In this document: piece after piece, positions 23,801 through 35,500 of the stretch
Position numbering within the stretch: the first letter of the stretch is position 1
How the letters are laid out: each line of letters begins with the position of its first letter
Source of the DNA: Eutreptiella sp. 'Long Island Sound 2002'
Lineage: Eukaryota > Protista > Euglenida
Direction of reading: 5' to 3'
DNA: 64,000 nt
NCBI GenBank assembly: GCA_964036045.1
Contig: OZ038378.1
Coordinates: 34,410,001-34,474,000 of the forward strand
Translations under genes and position numbers: made by a program
Notes under the pieces: generated by a model
The model's database searches: none
What the model saw: the letters and a program-made list of their open reading frames with translations, nothing else
Told to the model about the DNA's origin: nothing

Positions 23801-24662
23801 AAGCGCCTGCAATCCGTCACAGAAGCCCGCTTGCACCGCAAGCAAGGGAACGGAAGGGATGTTCATAACATTGCTTTGTGGCAAGCACTTTTCATTCAAA
23901 TCTTGGAGTGTGCCGCCGAGAAGCTGTGGAAATATGTGTCCAAACATTTGGAATTAGCAAAACAGGCCAGAATTTGTGACCCTCGCAACAATGCAACCCT
24001 GTCCGGTAATATTAAAGCCTTCCCTCTTGTGTTCTTTGGTGAAAAAGGAAATGCAATTGTGGACACAGGGGACTAGAGGTTGTATAGGGATATGGTGGTG
24101 CCTGGCAATCAGAACTTTGATATTTTGCAATGGTGGGAAGGCATGAGGGACCGTCTGCCCTTGTTGCATCGATGTGTCCGACGTGTTCTCACCATCCCAC
24201 ATACATCATGTGATGTGGAGCGGACTTTGTCAATGTGGAAGAGGGTGTGCTCTAATAAGCAACACTCTTCGAAAGAGGGCACACACAAAGCTTACGTGTC
24301 CTTCTGTTTCAATAGCACAGTCCCGGCACCTCAATGAACATTCCGAGAATTGTTGCCTCCTCAAGATGCATCGTGCAACGGTTATGGAGGGCTCAACAAT
24401 GTCGTCATGTAAACATCTTTGCCCATTCCCCCCCATTTTCCTCCATTTTCCTCCATTTTTCGCCATTTTCCCCCGTTTTCCCCCATTTTTCTCCATTTTT
24501 CCTCATTTTCTCCAGAATTCCCACTTTTCCATGGCCCTGCGGCTAGTCGGCTAGAGCGGAGGCCTATGGGCAACTTTCGTGGATACCGCACATCATATGT
24601 ACACCTTTCATATGTGCACAGAATTGGCTGCACCAGAATCGGCTGCTGCAAAAGTTTCCCTG
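20880..24662 (+). mobile_element. hAT DNA transposon (decayed) in host intron
   Basis: Candidate imperfect TIRs TAGGGACAC / CAGGGAAAC, CGGCTAG subterminal repeats at both ends, inverted TGGAAAA-rich tracts. No 8-bp TSD was found, so the ends are tentative. Confidence 0.7.
21300..24337 (+). pseudogene. hAT transposase with stops and frameshifts
   Basis: IVDETLD, HVRCVAHVLSL (CxxH; ~23255-23290), C-terminal dimerisation motif WWEGMRDRLPLL...LTIPHTSCDVERTLS, and a C2H2-like CQCC...H...H upstream. Confidence 0.88.
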
Positions 24663-24703
24663 CAGAGTTTAATAATCCCTTACATAGTCTGCAGTAACGG
24701 ACT

Positions 24704-24704
<1 letters not shown>

Positions 24705-24736
<32 letters not shown>
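24705..24736 (+). repeat. (AC)n microsatellite
   Basis: Read directly. Confidence 0.95.
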
Positions 24737-24738
<2 letters not shown>

Positions 24739-26699
24739 TGTGAACTGCAAAATCAAGAACAACCGCACAAGAAAAGCAGTTGAAGAAAACTCCTCAGGAG
24801 GTGCGGAGCAGCCCTCGACGTTTGTCATTTTGGCAAAGAGTGGACAGGAATGCAGGTGTACAGAGTCGCAGGAACCCTTGATCTGGCTAGGTCATAGAGT
24901 TCATAGGTCATGACTGAAGGGTTTGTTCGTTTTTTGTCCAAGTTCCTGACTGTGGCTGTGAACACTGACATTGCTTTGTGATGAGTAGGATCCCTAGATT
25001 TCGTCTACTTTGTGAACTCCTCAGGGGACACTGGCCAAGCCACTCAAGCCACGAATTGTCTTGTGGATTATTTGTGTTCATGTCCGGTTTGTCCCCTTGC
25101 TTTGGATACCCCCACAAAAAAGCCATTGACGTGCTCTTGGCATCTTAACACACTTCGTACATGGGGAAGAAGTTCTTTCTTACAACTTGTGCCCGTGACA
25201 CCCATGCTCATGTGTGCCGGGGAGGCTTGCCACAGGCTGGGTCACACATGGGTGACCCATTGCAGGCCCCAAAAGAGGCCAATCTCAAACCCCCAACGGA
25301 GCACGCAACCGCCATCGGTTGACCATCAACTACCACCCGTTGACTGCTGACCGTGGACCAACAACCGAGGCTCTTCAACCCAACATTGCACGCTGCGTTC
25401 CGTGGGGGAAAAAAGGAATATTATGCCCGTGCTATAACATAATTGGAGTGCCTTGTGCCTCTTCTCTCCTCTTCAACCTTCATACTACCCCACCCACTTT
25501 TTTTTCTCTTGATACTTTCGCATTTGGCAGCCAAGAAGTTATAATGTGTTGTGACCATAGAGGACATCCACAACTCAATTCGGGAATATGCAATGATTCC
25601 TTGCTGATTTTGCCATGTACGTGTGCTTCCCCATAGGTGGGTCAGGGTGGTCACAAGAAAGTTGGATTACTGTTTGGTGCTATGCACGTGATGTGCAGAA
25701 ACACCGCCTACCACAGCCATCGTTGCAGCTGTGTGCCGCCACCAATGCCCCCTTGCCCCAACAGGTGCCCAGACCATCATCTGCCAACATGTCAAATGTG
25801 GCGGAGCATTCCTACTACACCTCAAACACAACTGCCTCACCCAAGGACAAGCCACCCTGACAACATCCCAACCAAAGGCATCTGTGTTTAGTGTTTAATG
25901 TGGCCCTGCTCCCTACAACCCACAGCCCTTAGGTACACAATAAGGGGATTGCTTTGTGGCTCGTCGATGCTATACCTCAGGGGGTTCTGTGGGTGGATGG
26001 GTGGGTTTATCTAGTTCTCCCCTGGTTTTTGGAAAAGCGCACGTCAGGTCTTTGGGTGGGTGGGTGGGTTGCTGAGCTTTGTAGACTGCCAACATTGTCC
26101 ATGGGCTGAGGCACATTTTCAGGCATGAGGTGCTGCGACATTGTGTAGACTTGTTTTGCTTTACAATTTTGTCTTGGCCACTACAAAAGATGATCATCAA
26201 GGATTGCATCACGCTTTGTTGGAAACCAAGAAGAAGAACAAGGGCAAGGAGAGGGCTGCAATGAACAATAGGCAAGGTTGGTGGTAGACCAGGCTCTGTG
26301 ACCCCCCCCCCCCCCAAAAATGGGGTAATAGCATCCCCCCCCCCTCTGATCAGGGCCTGATTTCCCCGATCCACCCCTGTTTGTTAGCCTGATTCAGTGG
26401 GTTGAGGATTGGACACCAGAAATAGGCACTTTAGGTGCAGTTGGTGGGAAGTGCTTTTGTGCATGTGGATTTCTTCTGGTTGTTGAAATAAAATGGTTTT
26501 ATGCTGCGGCCACCTGCCAAGAGGAAAAAGAGATGGACACTAAGTCAGCCACTGACCAGAAAACAGTTTTGCACCGTGCCATACAATTGATTGACAGGCA
26601 GCGGATTATTGTGCATTTGCAAGCGACTTTCTTTTCAGGTTTTGGCTAACTGGTGTACGATTTTTTGGTGGATTTGCGAGTGGATGTTGTTCCCAAAGG

Positions 26700-27630
26700 G
26701 TGTGCAGAATCTTCCCGCCGGGCTTTTGGTCATCGCTTGTGCGGGATGATGATATACAGAACTACCGTGCGTATCCTAAAGATTTGCGAAAATATTTAAT
26801 TCCCGGCACAGGGTGTTGTTGTCCGCAAAAAAAACCGCAAAAAAATATTGATTTTTGGCGTCATGCCTTACGCAAAAATGGGTTCCGCAAAAAAAATCGC
26901 AAATGTAAACTATTTTTTGCCCCTACCCCCCTTTTTGCAAGAATGCCAGAATCGCAGGAGGGATGCTGTGTTTGCCCCACTGCTTGTTGCCCCCCCCCCC
27001 CCCTCCTTCCGTGTTTCATGCCCCATTTTGCACCTTGCTTTGCTTTCAGAGAACGATGAATCAGGGACCACAAATCAGGGCATCCAGGATTGTCACAATA
27101 TTAGATATTTCAATCCAGATGCTGATGTGCCCCAAAGCAGATAAAGGGGCTGGTTCAGGACATTTGATTGCCAGTCCATTTGTGATTCGAATTTGGTTGT
27201 TGGTGGTTGGTAAAAAGGAGTAAACCCGCGGGTCGTGGGTTTCTCCTGGGTTTTCATGCGCTATTATCCAGACGAAATGACAAGGCAGCATTTCACGTGC
27301 CATGGGCGCTATTATGGATGAGTTTGCAACTGGTTTGTTGAAAAACTGGTGACCTGAATCATGCTTGTTGGTGCTTATCTGTGCTATGGACTGCAATCCC
27401 AGAGTCCAAGGTACACACAGTCTCTTGCAGTAGCAACAAAATGAATCAACCCCAATCCCCAAAACGCAAAAAATGGCAAAAAAACAATAATTTTTGGTGC
27501 AACACCCTATGCAAAAATGTGTTCCGCAAAAAAAATCGCAAAAAATGATTTTTTTTGCCCAGTTTGGATAGTTCGCAAAATTTTTGCTTATTATACACTG
27601 AAATACCCAACGCAAAAATTAGGATTCTGC
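26700..27630. repeat. A-tract-rich non-autonomous element-like region with ~90-bp direct duplication
   Basis: 26815-26905 resembles 27460-27545 (shared ttccgcaaaaaaaatcgcaaa); many CGCAAAAA motifs; weak GCAGAATC/GATTCTGC ends. Confidence 0.45.
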
Positions 27631-28099
27631 CAATCTTTAGGATTCGCATGGTATTACTGAGAACACCTCCAGCCTCCACCTTCAGGCCCCTGAATTGAGT
27701 ACATTTTCCTCAAACAATGCCCCCTGATTCATTGGCCCGTTTCAGTAAACATTTTCCTCTGATCCAGGGGGTGGATTGCAGGGGCCTCCTTTTCCGGAAG
27801 TGGATGGACACGAGACTGCCCTTTGCACCTGGAGGCAACCGTTGCGAGCGTGAAGAGCAGTGTGTGCGAAGAGCAGTGTGTGGACGGTTCTGCATCCTGC
27901 GCTAGAGCCCGCTGTCTGCTGACTGACTGTGGGTTGTGTGCTTTGTGAATCCTCCCGTGCGCCCTGGGCCCGTACCCGCCCCTCTCGTGTGGTGGAAGGC
28001 TCGCTCGCTTGGATGGATGCCTGTTGCCTGGAAGGCCTGGCCTGGCCAGTGATCCAGTGTCCCTCACCACCGCCACACCACACCTTCATTTCTCCGCAG

Positions 28100-28183
28100 G
28101 CTGGATGACCTTCGGCGCGTCAGTAAATCGGAGCTGATTTTCCATGCTGTCACCTTCAAGATGCCTGACGATTTAGTGGCGAG
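28100..28183 (+). CDS. Host GT15 gene exon
   Basis: ctccgcAG|g ctg...gcg ag|GTTGGC; 84 nt, phase 2 to phase 2; RLDDLRRVSKSELIFHAVTFKMPDDLVAR; in frame with both neighbouring exons. Confidence 0.85.
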
Positions 28184-29566
28184 GTTGGCTGCCATGCTGC
28201 ATGACGCAAACTCCTTGCAGTTTGCAGTCATGTACCCCCCCCCCCCCCCTTCCGCCAGCGCCGGCATGGGAGGGACGGGCGGAAAGGGCACTTGTGAGTG
28301 GTGGGACAACCGTCCCCCTTTCACCTAGTACAAGTACTTTTCCACGGTTGTTAGGGGTACCGGCCCCCTTCACCCTCAACCACTTTGCCTATGGGTTTTC
28401 TAATTTCTGCGGGATGGCAATGGGGCATTCACTGGTAGAGCCGCTGCCCCAGTGCCTCGCCTCTCTGTGGCATGACCCAGTGCACCTCTTTCCCTTTCCT
28501 GCGGATATTCTGCTGTAGCGGGCCATGCTCCACTGCTTCGGGGAGAGGGGGGTTGGTTGTCCGCCCATTGGCCAGGCAGGCGGATGCAGTGGCCTGACAA
28601 GGTCAAGAGGTAGGTGATGCCGGCCCCAACCCAACAAGAGTTCAGACACCAGATCACAACATGACACAGACTAGTGGCCCTTTGGACTCACGGGTGGGTG
28701 GGGGTGACCCAGACGCGACCTGTCCCCATTCCCCCCTTCCCAATCTCGGTCTTGCTACTTCTGCGAAAACCCCGTGGTATGTAACTAGTGACGGGGTGTG
28801 GCCTTTCCAACCACACTGGGTTGCCTCAGGCCTGGGCCTGACATGGCCATTGGCGGCAGGACCGCACGCAGACAAAACTATGGTTGATCATACAAATATC
28901 CCGCAAGGCAGCGGTGTGATCACAGGGGGTGTTTCAGTGGGAACCCCCTCCAACCCCACGTCCACCCACGCACCCACCCACCCACCCACCAGAAACCCCA
29001 AACCTACTACGTCCATGGGCAGCAGTGGTGTTGTCGCCCACATCATGGCGCCAACAACAACACTACGGGTCCTTGGCTGCTTTGGGAGCTTCATTGATGC
29101 GTCTGCGATTCACCAATGGTGAGTGGTCAACAGTTATTGACCGTCCACTTATGTGCAGTCCACATGGTTAGAAACAGACGGGGAAATCAAATATACCAAA
29201 GAACAACACAACCGAGATTTTAAGCCCCCCCCCCCCCCCCACACAAACACGGAGCAGTGACACAGTCCCGGGCTCCGTTGGCACAATCGGCCCAGCGAAA
29301 GGAAGGGAGGGTAGGGAGGTAAGAATCGGCAAGACCGGCAGATAAAGGGGGGGGGCTGAGAGGTGAGAGGCCAGGAGGCGCCGCCAGCTTCAGACAGTCA
29401 TGCACGCAGGCGTCATGCCAACCCCCCCCCCCTCTCCAACCCCTACCCCCATTGCTTCATAGTTGATCTTTATAGTCATGGCATTGAATGGGTGTGAAGC
29501 ATGCTGACGCTGGCAGGGGAGTGGAAGCCACGGGGGCAGCATGGTACCGCACGCCATCCTTGGCAG

Positions 29567-29747
29567 GTACGGCCGTCATGGCCCGCCGTGCATTTGCACA
29601 CGCTGGTGCAACAATGAGTACCGTCACATGTGCTATTTCTTCAACTACATGATCTATCAGTATGACATCCTGAAACCGTATGACTACATTTGGAGAATGG
29701 ACGCAACGGTGGGCCTCGCGAAGCCAATCATGTGCGATGTATTTGAG
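29567..29747 (+). CDS. Host GT15 gene exon (catalytic core)
   Basis: ttggcAG|g tac...ttt gag|GTTTGT; EYRHMCYFF...LKPYDYIWRMD matches the GT15 YRHMC and YDYxWRxD motifs. Confidence 0.9.
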
Positions 29748-30924
29748 GTTTGTGGACCAGACCTTGGGCCTGCAATGCAATGTCGGGTTTTTGGATGGCG
29801 GTAGTGGGGCAAGAGGGCTGGCTACATGAAGAAACGAGGAAGGGCACCATGGCCATGGGGAGGGGTACCACGCTCAGGGTGGCTTGTCAGACTGAGTGAA
29901 GGCACGTATCAGCATTGTCAGTTTCACAAACAGTATCTGAAGTCTTGCCAACCTGATGCACTGATGTTCTTGCCAAAGGGATGGCACATTCAGCGTCACC
30001 AGCATTCAGCGTCGCTGTTGATTATTTTACAAGGATAATGGTGCCGCCACACCGAATGCGCATTCACTTTGAAGGTATGATTATCGGTGGTAATGCCAAG
30101 AATGGCAACTTGTTGTGGATGAGTGGTGGATTAGAGGAGGGTGCAGCCGCGGTGGCACCAGCAGTAGCGGGATAGACAGGGATGTAGGTGCCCGTGCGGC
30201 CGTTCCCCCGCTGACAATCCCTGATGCCACCCCTGTGCCTGAAAGGACACCGTTGTCGTGTGGGGCGGTGCCGGTGAAGGAGGCATATGGTTTCAAAGAG
30301 TTAGTGGTTGTGTTTGTGATGGAGGATGAAGGGCCACTGTCAGGGCGGGAAGCGGAGCTGCAGTTTGCCCCCATGGTGTCTGAGTGTCCATCTGCATGTC
30401 TGTCCGTCTGTCCATCTATCCGTCCCTCCGTGCTTCCGTTCGTCCGTGCGTCTGAATGTTTTATGTGTTTGCGTATGCCACATTGTGCATTCCTGTGTGA
30501 GTGTGCTCAAGTATGGGGTGAGACAAGGCATGAGTCCATTGGGCCCAGTGTCCCATGAATGCCACCAAAGTGTCCTTCTCCAACATTAGGACAGATTGCA
30601 AAGTTCTGAACATTTTGACGTCGTGAAGTTGTAGCCAAATGCAATTTGTGCCCCACTGGCCCATGGTCCTGTATTTTTTTTTAGATGCGGATTAATTTTT
30701 CTTAGAGGTTATATTTTTTCTTAGCTAAAAAAAATAATCCGCAGTAAAAAAATATTCCGCGCTAAAAGAAATATTCCGCGCTAAAAAAAATTCTCAGACT
30801 TTTTTTTTCTCTAAGCAGTATTTTTTCTTAGCGCAACGGTTGCGTTTCAATAAAATCAACCGAGTGCCTACACGACCGGCGTGGGCATTCAGTTTGACCC
30901 TTGCACTAGGGTTTCCACTTGATC

Positions 30925-31004
30925 AGGAGGGGCAAGATCCGGTTCCCTTGCCATTTTGTGGGGCCTTTCATGCGGATCTCAACTATGCTGCTTTTGGTGC
31001 TGAG
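30925..31004 (+). CDS. Possible small host GT15 exon (..ADLNYAAFGAE)
   Basis: Phase-0 donor gag|GTTGGG and a phase-0 acceptor candidate (ttgatcAG); the 5' boundary is uncertain. Confidence 0.3.
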
Positions 31005-31514
31005 GTTGGGTGGTTTGGGTAAAGACAAGGGTTTCCCCCCTTTTCCCCTGTGTTTACGACCCTCCAAATGCTCAATCAGTGACGTGGTAGTGGCGGCGCT
31101 GGGCAGGGGTGCCTGAACCTAAGCCGTGGCTGTTGGAGTTGTCCAGCATCATTTGGTGCCCCCCTCTACGCCACCTTTGTAGGTCATGCGGAGCACCAAC
31201 TCTCTCTTTGGCTTCTATCATTGGTCCACAGAGCACCGCAAGTGCCGCGGCCCGATCAAACCGTTTGTTGCAGGTTGTCTGTGCTACTGCGCAGTGTGTG
31301 TTGAGGGACGTGTCACACAGCACGCAGCTTGGCATGTGGAACGGCTTTTCTAGACAGGTGGCTAAGCACCTTTGAGCGTTTCCGCGGTCGCTGATACGCT
31401 GCCTCATGTTGTTGGGCATCGCAAAATTGACCCTCTTCTCATTGATTGCTGAAAGGTGCTGAGATGCACGTGTAGCATGCTTCTCCAAGGGATCTACACC
31501 AAAGTCCACAAAAG

Positions 31515-31715
31515 GCCACGAAAGACATGCGTGCCTGCATCGTCGACGTGTGGGTATGCGCATGGGTCCGTCGTTCCTCCTCAGCGTACGCGGACGACTT
31601 CAACATTACTGCACGCCATTTGGACCTGCTAGGGGACTTGGCACACTACACCGCAGCGTGGACCATCTACAAGTGGTCTTTCTTTACGAGCGAGAACTGG
31701 CAGCATTTTGTGAAG
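31515..31715 (+). CDS. Probable host GT15 exon
   Basis: ATKDMRACIVDVW...AYADDFNIT...AAWTIYKWSFFTSENWQHFVK|GTTGTC resembles the GT15 segment preceding the RWGD motif; the 5' boundary is uncertain. Confidence 0.65.
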
Positions 31716-31758
31716 GTTGTCAAAAGGGACAGCACAGTACAGTATGGTGTGGTGTGGT

Positions 31759-32742
31759 GTGCCGAAGGCGCTGTTACCGGAAGGCAATGGCCGGGATGTC
31801 TACCCACGGGTACAGGTAAACGGGCGGGGTTGTGTGTGTTGTGTGCGCGCCCTGTGTAAGTGTGTGGATCCAGGCGGAGAGAGGGGGAGTCGGGGAGACC
31901 TGGTCGTCACCCCCCTGGCGACCGTTCTTACTCCAGGAGCTCCCGCTGTTCCCCTTCTCGCTCCGCTTGCTGGTGCAGGCATAGCTCCTGCAAGGCCCAC
32001 GCCATCGTGCTGCCTGGGCCCAGGCGGGCCTTCAGCAACGTGCCACGCGCCTTGGCGTGAGCGTACCAGACCCGTATGGACTCCTCGATGACGTGGCGTA
32101 TGAACTCCGTGCCCAGCGCGTGGGGCCCTGTGCACTCCAGGTGGGCCCGCTGCATAGAGGGGGTCCGCAGGGCTGCCGCCCACTGCTCCAGCACTGCCGG
32201 CTCCCACAGCTGGTGGCGCACCGGGGCCGCCTGTGTCCCCACCTTCTGGGCAACCTGAAAATTGCTCTGCGCGGGGGGGGTGACATGGACGCCCGCCGAA
32301 GGAGGGGGGGGGGTTGGAGAAATGGGGTTCTGTGTCGGGCCCTTTGTTTTGTGTAAGAAGGGATGTTGGCGCCAAAGGCACAGGAACACAAAATTTGGCC
32401 CAAAAAAGTTTTTTCCACCAATAATTTCCCCCCCCACATTTGAGTCGTCAAAATGATCAGCGCGACGTGGGTATCATTTTGAGCCATAGATGTTGGGTTG
32501 ACCCCCCCCCCCCCGGCACGGCAGGTCGGGCGCCCCCGCCCTGAACCCCCCCCTCCCGTCACGGCGGCCAAGGAGGGAAGGGGGGGGGGTTGGGAAAATG
32601 GGCTTCCGTGTCCCCCCCCCCCCCGCAGAGCAATTTTCTTCCCACCCTGGTCGAGCCACGCCGCGAGCCGCCGGCGGGCCGGCCCCCATTCATGTGACTG
32701 GGCCAAGCAGGCCCAAAGGTGGGGCGCTGTTTCAGGCTGCGC
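31759..32742 (-). mobile_element. 5'-truncated LINE-B 3' fragment, interrupted by a MITE
   Basis: Conserved 3' terminus gtgccgaaggcgctgttacc with (TGGTG)n on both sides; the ORF end matches 32816-33400. Confidence 0.85.
32248..32643. mobile_element. MITE with GAAAATTGCTCTGCG(G)n inverted repeats
   Basis: 32257-32283 and 32610-32638 are reverse complements; the TSD is not clean. Confidence 0.75.
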
Positions 32743-32815
32743 GGTGTGGTGTGGTGTGGTGTGGTGTGGTGGGGTGGGGTGGGGTGTGGTGTGGTGTGGT
32801 GTGGTGTGGTGTGGT
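32743..32815 (+). repeat. (TGGTG)n microsatellite / LINE-B tail
   Basis: Read directly. Confidence 0.95.
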
Positions 32816-33945
32816 GTGCCGAAGGCGCTGTTACCAAAGGGCAAAAGGCCGGGATGTCTACCCACGGGTACAGGTAAACGGGCTGGGCTGTGTGTGTTGT
32901 GTGCGCGCTGTGCGTAAGTGTGTAGGCCTCGGCAGGGGGAGGGGGAGTCGGGGAGACCTGGTGAGCTCGCCTCTGGCGACCGCGCTTATTCCAGGAGCTC
33001 TCGCTGCACCCCTTCCCTTTCTGCTTGCTGGTGCAGGCGTAGCTCCTGCAACGCCCACGCCATTGTGCTGCCCGGGCCCAGGCGGGCCTTCAGCAGTGTG
33101 GCACGCGCCTTGGCGTTGGCGTACCAGATCCGTATGGACTCCTCCACGACGTGACGGAGGAACTCCGTGCCCAGCGAGTGGGGCCCCGTACACTCCAGGT
33201 GGGCCAGCTGCATGGAGGGGGTCCGCAGGGCTGCCGCCCACTGCTCCAGCACAGTCGGTTCCCACAGCTGGTGTCGCACTGGGGCCGCCCGTGGCCCCAC
33301 CTTCTGGTCGAGCCACGCTGCGAGGCGCCGGCGGGCAGGCCCCCACTCGTGCGATTGAGCCGAGCAGGCCCACAGGTGGGGCGCCGTCTCGGGCTGTGTC
33401 CCGCACAGGAGGCACGTTGTATCCAGCACCGTGCCCCGGTGGGAGGAACGGGGGGCTAGGACGGTCATGGTCGGGACGTTGTCCATGCGATGCGCCGTGA
33501 TGTGGCGCTGCTGGTCGTGGTCGAACCAGTCCAGGGGGAGGCCCCCCCCTGGCATGAAATTTACCCCCCAGCGGGCCTCGTAGATGGCTTGCGCCGGTAT
33601 GGAGGCCCGGTCCTGCAACCAGTCACTCAGCGCCGTCGGGGAGAGCTGGCACTGGTCGCGGAAGGGCACGGGGGGGATAAATGAGTAGGGGCGCCTGAGG
33701 AGCCACGTAAGGTCCACCTCCGGCGGCTCCCGCGTCGCTGCGTCCACACGGACGTTGAGGTCCGTGATCCAGTGCGATGGTGTGGTCACCACATTGATGG
33801 CAGACCTCGGGGAGAGGCGCTGCCCCCCCAGGACAGTGGCGTAGAGGTGGTGGATGCCATCTCCGCAGTGCCCTCCTTCCTGGTACGTGCGGAGGGCCCC
33901 CACTGCTGCCTCCGAGTCCGGCACCAGCCAGTAAACCCCCTGCTG
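32816..33945 (-). mobile_element. 5'-truncated LINE-B 3' fragment (RNase H C-half plus zinc knuckle)
   Basis: WLVPDSEAAVGAL, VTTPSHW, NVRVDAAT and CLLCGTQPETAPHLWAC; flanked by (TGGTG)n. Confidence 0.9.
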
Positions 33946-33999
33946 TGTCGCGGTGTGGTGTGGTGTGGTGTGGTGTGGTGTGGTGTGGTGGGGTGGGGT

Positions 34000-34513
34000 C
34001 AGGGTTTTCTTTAGTGTCCGTCCTACCCCACGGGGGGTGGAGGTGTGGGTCTAGCAGAATTTCAGGGTGGGTGGGTGTCCAACCCCCCCCCCCCCCCCGG
34101 GGTGGGTTGGGACTTTGTGGGGGCCCTTGGGTCTATCGAGCCAGTGCCACTTCTTTCTTTCTTCTGTTGCAGGTTCCATGTAACATGTTTATTTATGGTG
34201 TGTTTACATGGCATTGCATATCACGTGTGCATGCCCCACGCCCATAAAGGGGCTAGGTTGCTTGCTGGTTTGTGTTGGATGCGAAGGGGGCAACGCTAGA
34301 ACCCCACAGTTGCTGTTGTGGTTTTTGGTAAAAAGGAGTTAACCCGCGGGTCGAGGGTTTGGGTACGTGGGTGGGTGGGTGGGTGGGTGGGTGTCAGACC
34401 CCCCCCCCCCTGGGGGGGGGTGGGACATTTGTCGGTCTGTGGGTATGCCAAAATTCTGGGTGGGTGGGTCCCTGAATTAACCCCCCCCCCCAGGGTGGGT
34501 AAGCAAAACCCTG
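34000..34513. mobile_element. hAT-type MITE (514 bp) inserted in (TGGTG)n
   Basis: 9-bp TIRs CAGGGTTTT / AAAACCCTG; 8-bp flanks ggtggggt and ggtgtggt match at 7/8. Confidence 0.8.
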
Positions 34514-34526
34514 GGTGTGGTGTGGT

Positions 34527-35387
34527 GTGCCGAAGGCGCTGTTACCAAATGGCAAAAGGCTGGGATGTCTACCCAAGGGCAAAGGTAAACGGGCTGGGCT
34601 GTGTGTGTTGTGTGCGCGCTGTGTGTAAGTGTGTTGTTGCATAGCCGGACCAGTGCACTGTCGCACTTGGCCGACACTGCCCTGCCGACGCCTGCGCGTA
34701 GTGGCACAGGGTCTCATTGGTCCACTGCACCCTGCGTACCGCGCTGCACCATCAGTGCTTTCTGTGTGGTGCCGCACTGCTTGGTGATGTGCACTACACT
34801 GCACTGTGTGTGCCCTGCTGCACTATTGTTGTGGGCAGAGGGCAGTGGGCAGTGTAACGCACTGCCACGCCGCCTAGGGGCTGTGGGCAGTGGAAATCCT
34901 GCTTCGCACTGCCGCATTGCCTGAGGGCAGTGGGGAGTGGTACTCCTGCCGTACACTGCCTCTCTGCTTCGGGGCAGTGGGCCGGGTATCTCCTGCAATA
35001 CACTGCCTCCCTGCCTGGGGCAGTGGGCAGTGGAACTCCTGCGACACCCTGCCCCACGGCCTGGGGGCCGTGGGCAGTGCAACTCCTGCAACGCACTGCC
35101 TCACTGCCTGGGGGCAGTAGGCAATGGACCTCCTGCATTGCACTGCCTCACTGCCTGGGGATAGTGGGCAGTGGAACTCCTGCAGTACAGTGCCTCACCG
35201 CCTGGGGGCATGGGGCAGTGCAACTCCTTCAATGCACTGAGGCAGTGCGGCAGTGCATTGCAGGAGTTCCACTGCTTGCTGCCCCCAGGCATTGGGACAG
35301 TGCATTGAAGGAGTTGCACTGCCCAATGCCCCCAGGCAGTGAGGCAGTGTATTGCAGGAGGTCCACTGCCCACTGCCCCCAGGCATC
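34527..35387 (-). mobile_element. SINE-like non-autonomous element, copy 1 (LINE-B 3' end plus non-coding body plus 46-bp hairpin array)
   Basis: Shares ~107 bp with the LINE-B 3' end, then diverges. A second copy lies at 49295-49941; both are flanked by (TGGTG)n. Confidence 0.8.
34840..35385. repeat. ~46-bp palindromic tandem array (GGCAGTG..loop..CACTGCC), orientation flips near 35240
   Basis: Units start near 34879, 34925, 34971, 35018, 35065, 35112, 35158 and 35206; the last units carry the reverse-complement loop. Confidence 0.85.
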
Positions 35388-35500
35388 GGTGTGGTGTGGT
35401 GTGGTGTGGTGTGGTGTGGTGTGGTGTGGTGTGGTGTGGTGTGGTATGGTGTGGTGTGGTGTGGTGTGGTGTGGTGTGGTGTGGTGTGGTGTGGTGTGGT
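35388..35500 (+). repeat. (TGGTG)n microsatellite / LINE-B tail (~22 units)
   Basis: Read directly. Confidence 0.95.

Noticed and set aside
30780-30815. Euglenozoan spliced-leader sequence
   Set aside because: Only superficial T-tract similarity within an A/T-tract repeat; no real match.
31554-31584. 31-nt GT-AG mini-intron
   Set aside because: Removing it breaks the frame between DVW and AYADD, and the unspliced frame is open; unresolved without RNA data.
31580-31600. YADD as an RT catalytic motif
   Set aside because: It lies in a GT15-like exon (AYADDFNIT) with no RT motifs around it; coincidental.
34840-35385. CRISPR-like palindromic repeats
   Set aside because: The loops between palindromes are homologous to each other, so they are not spacers.
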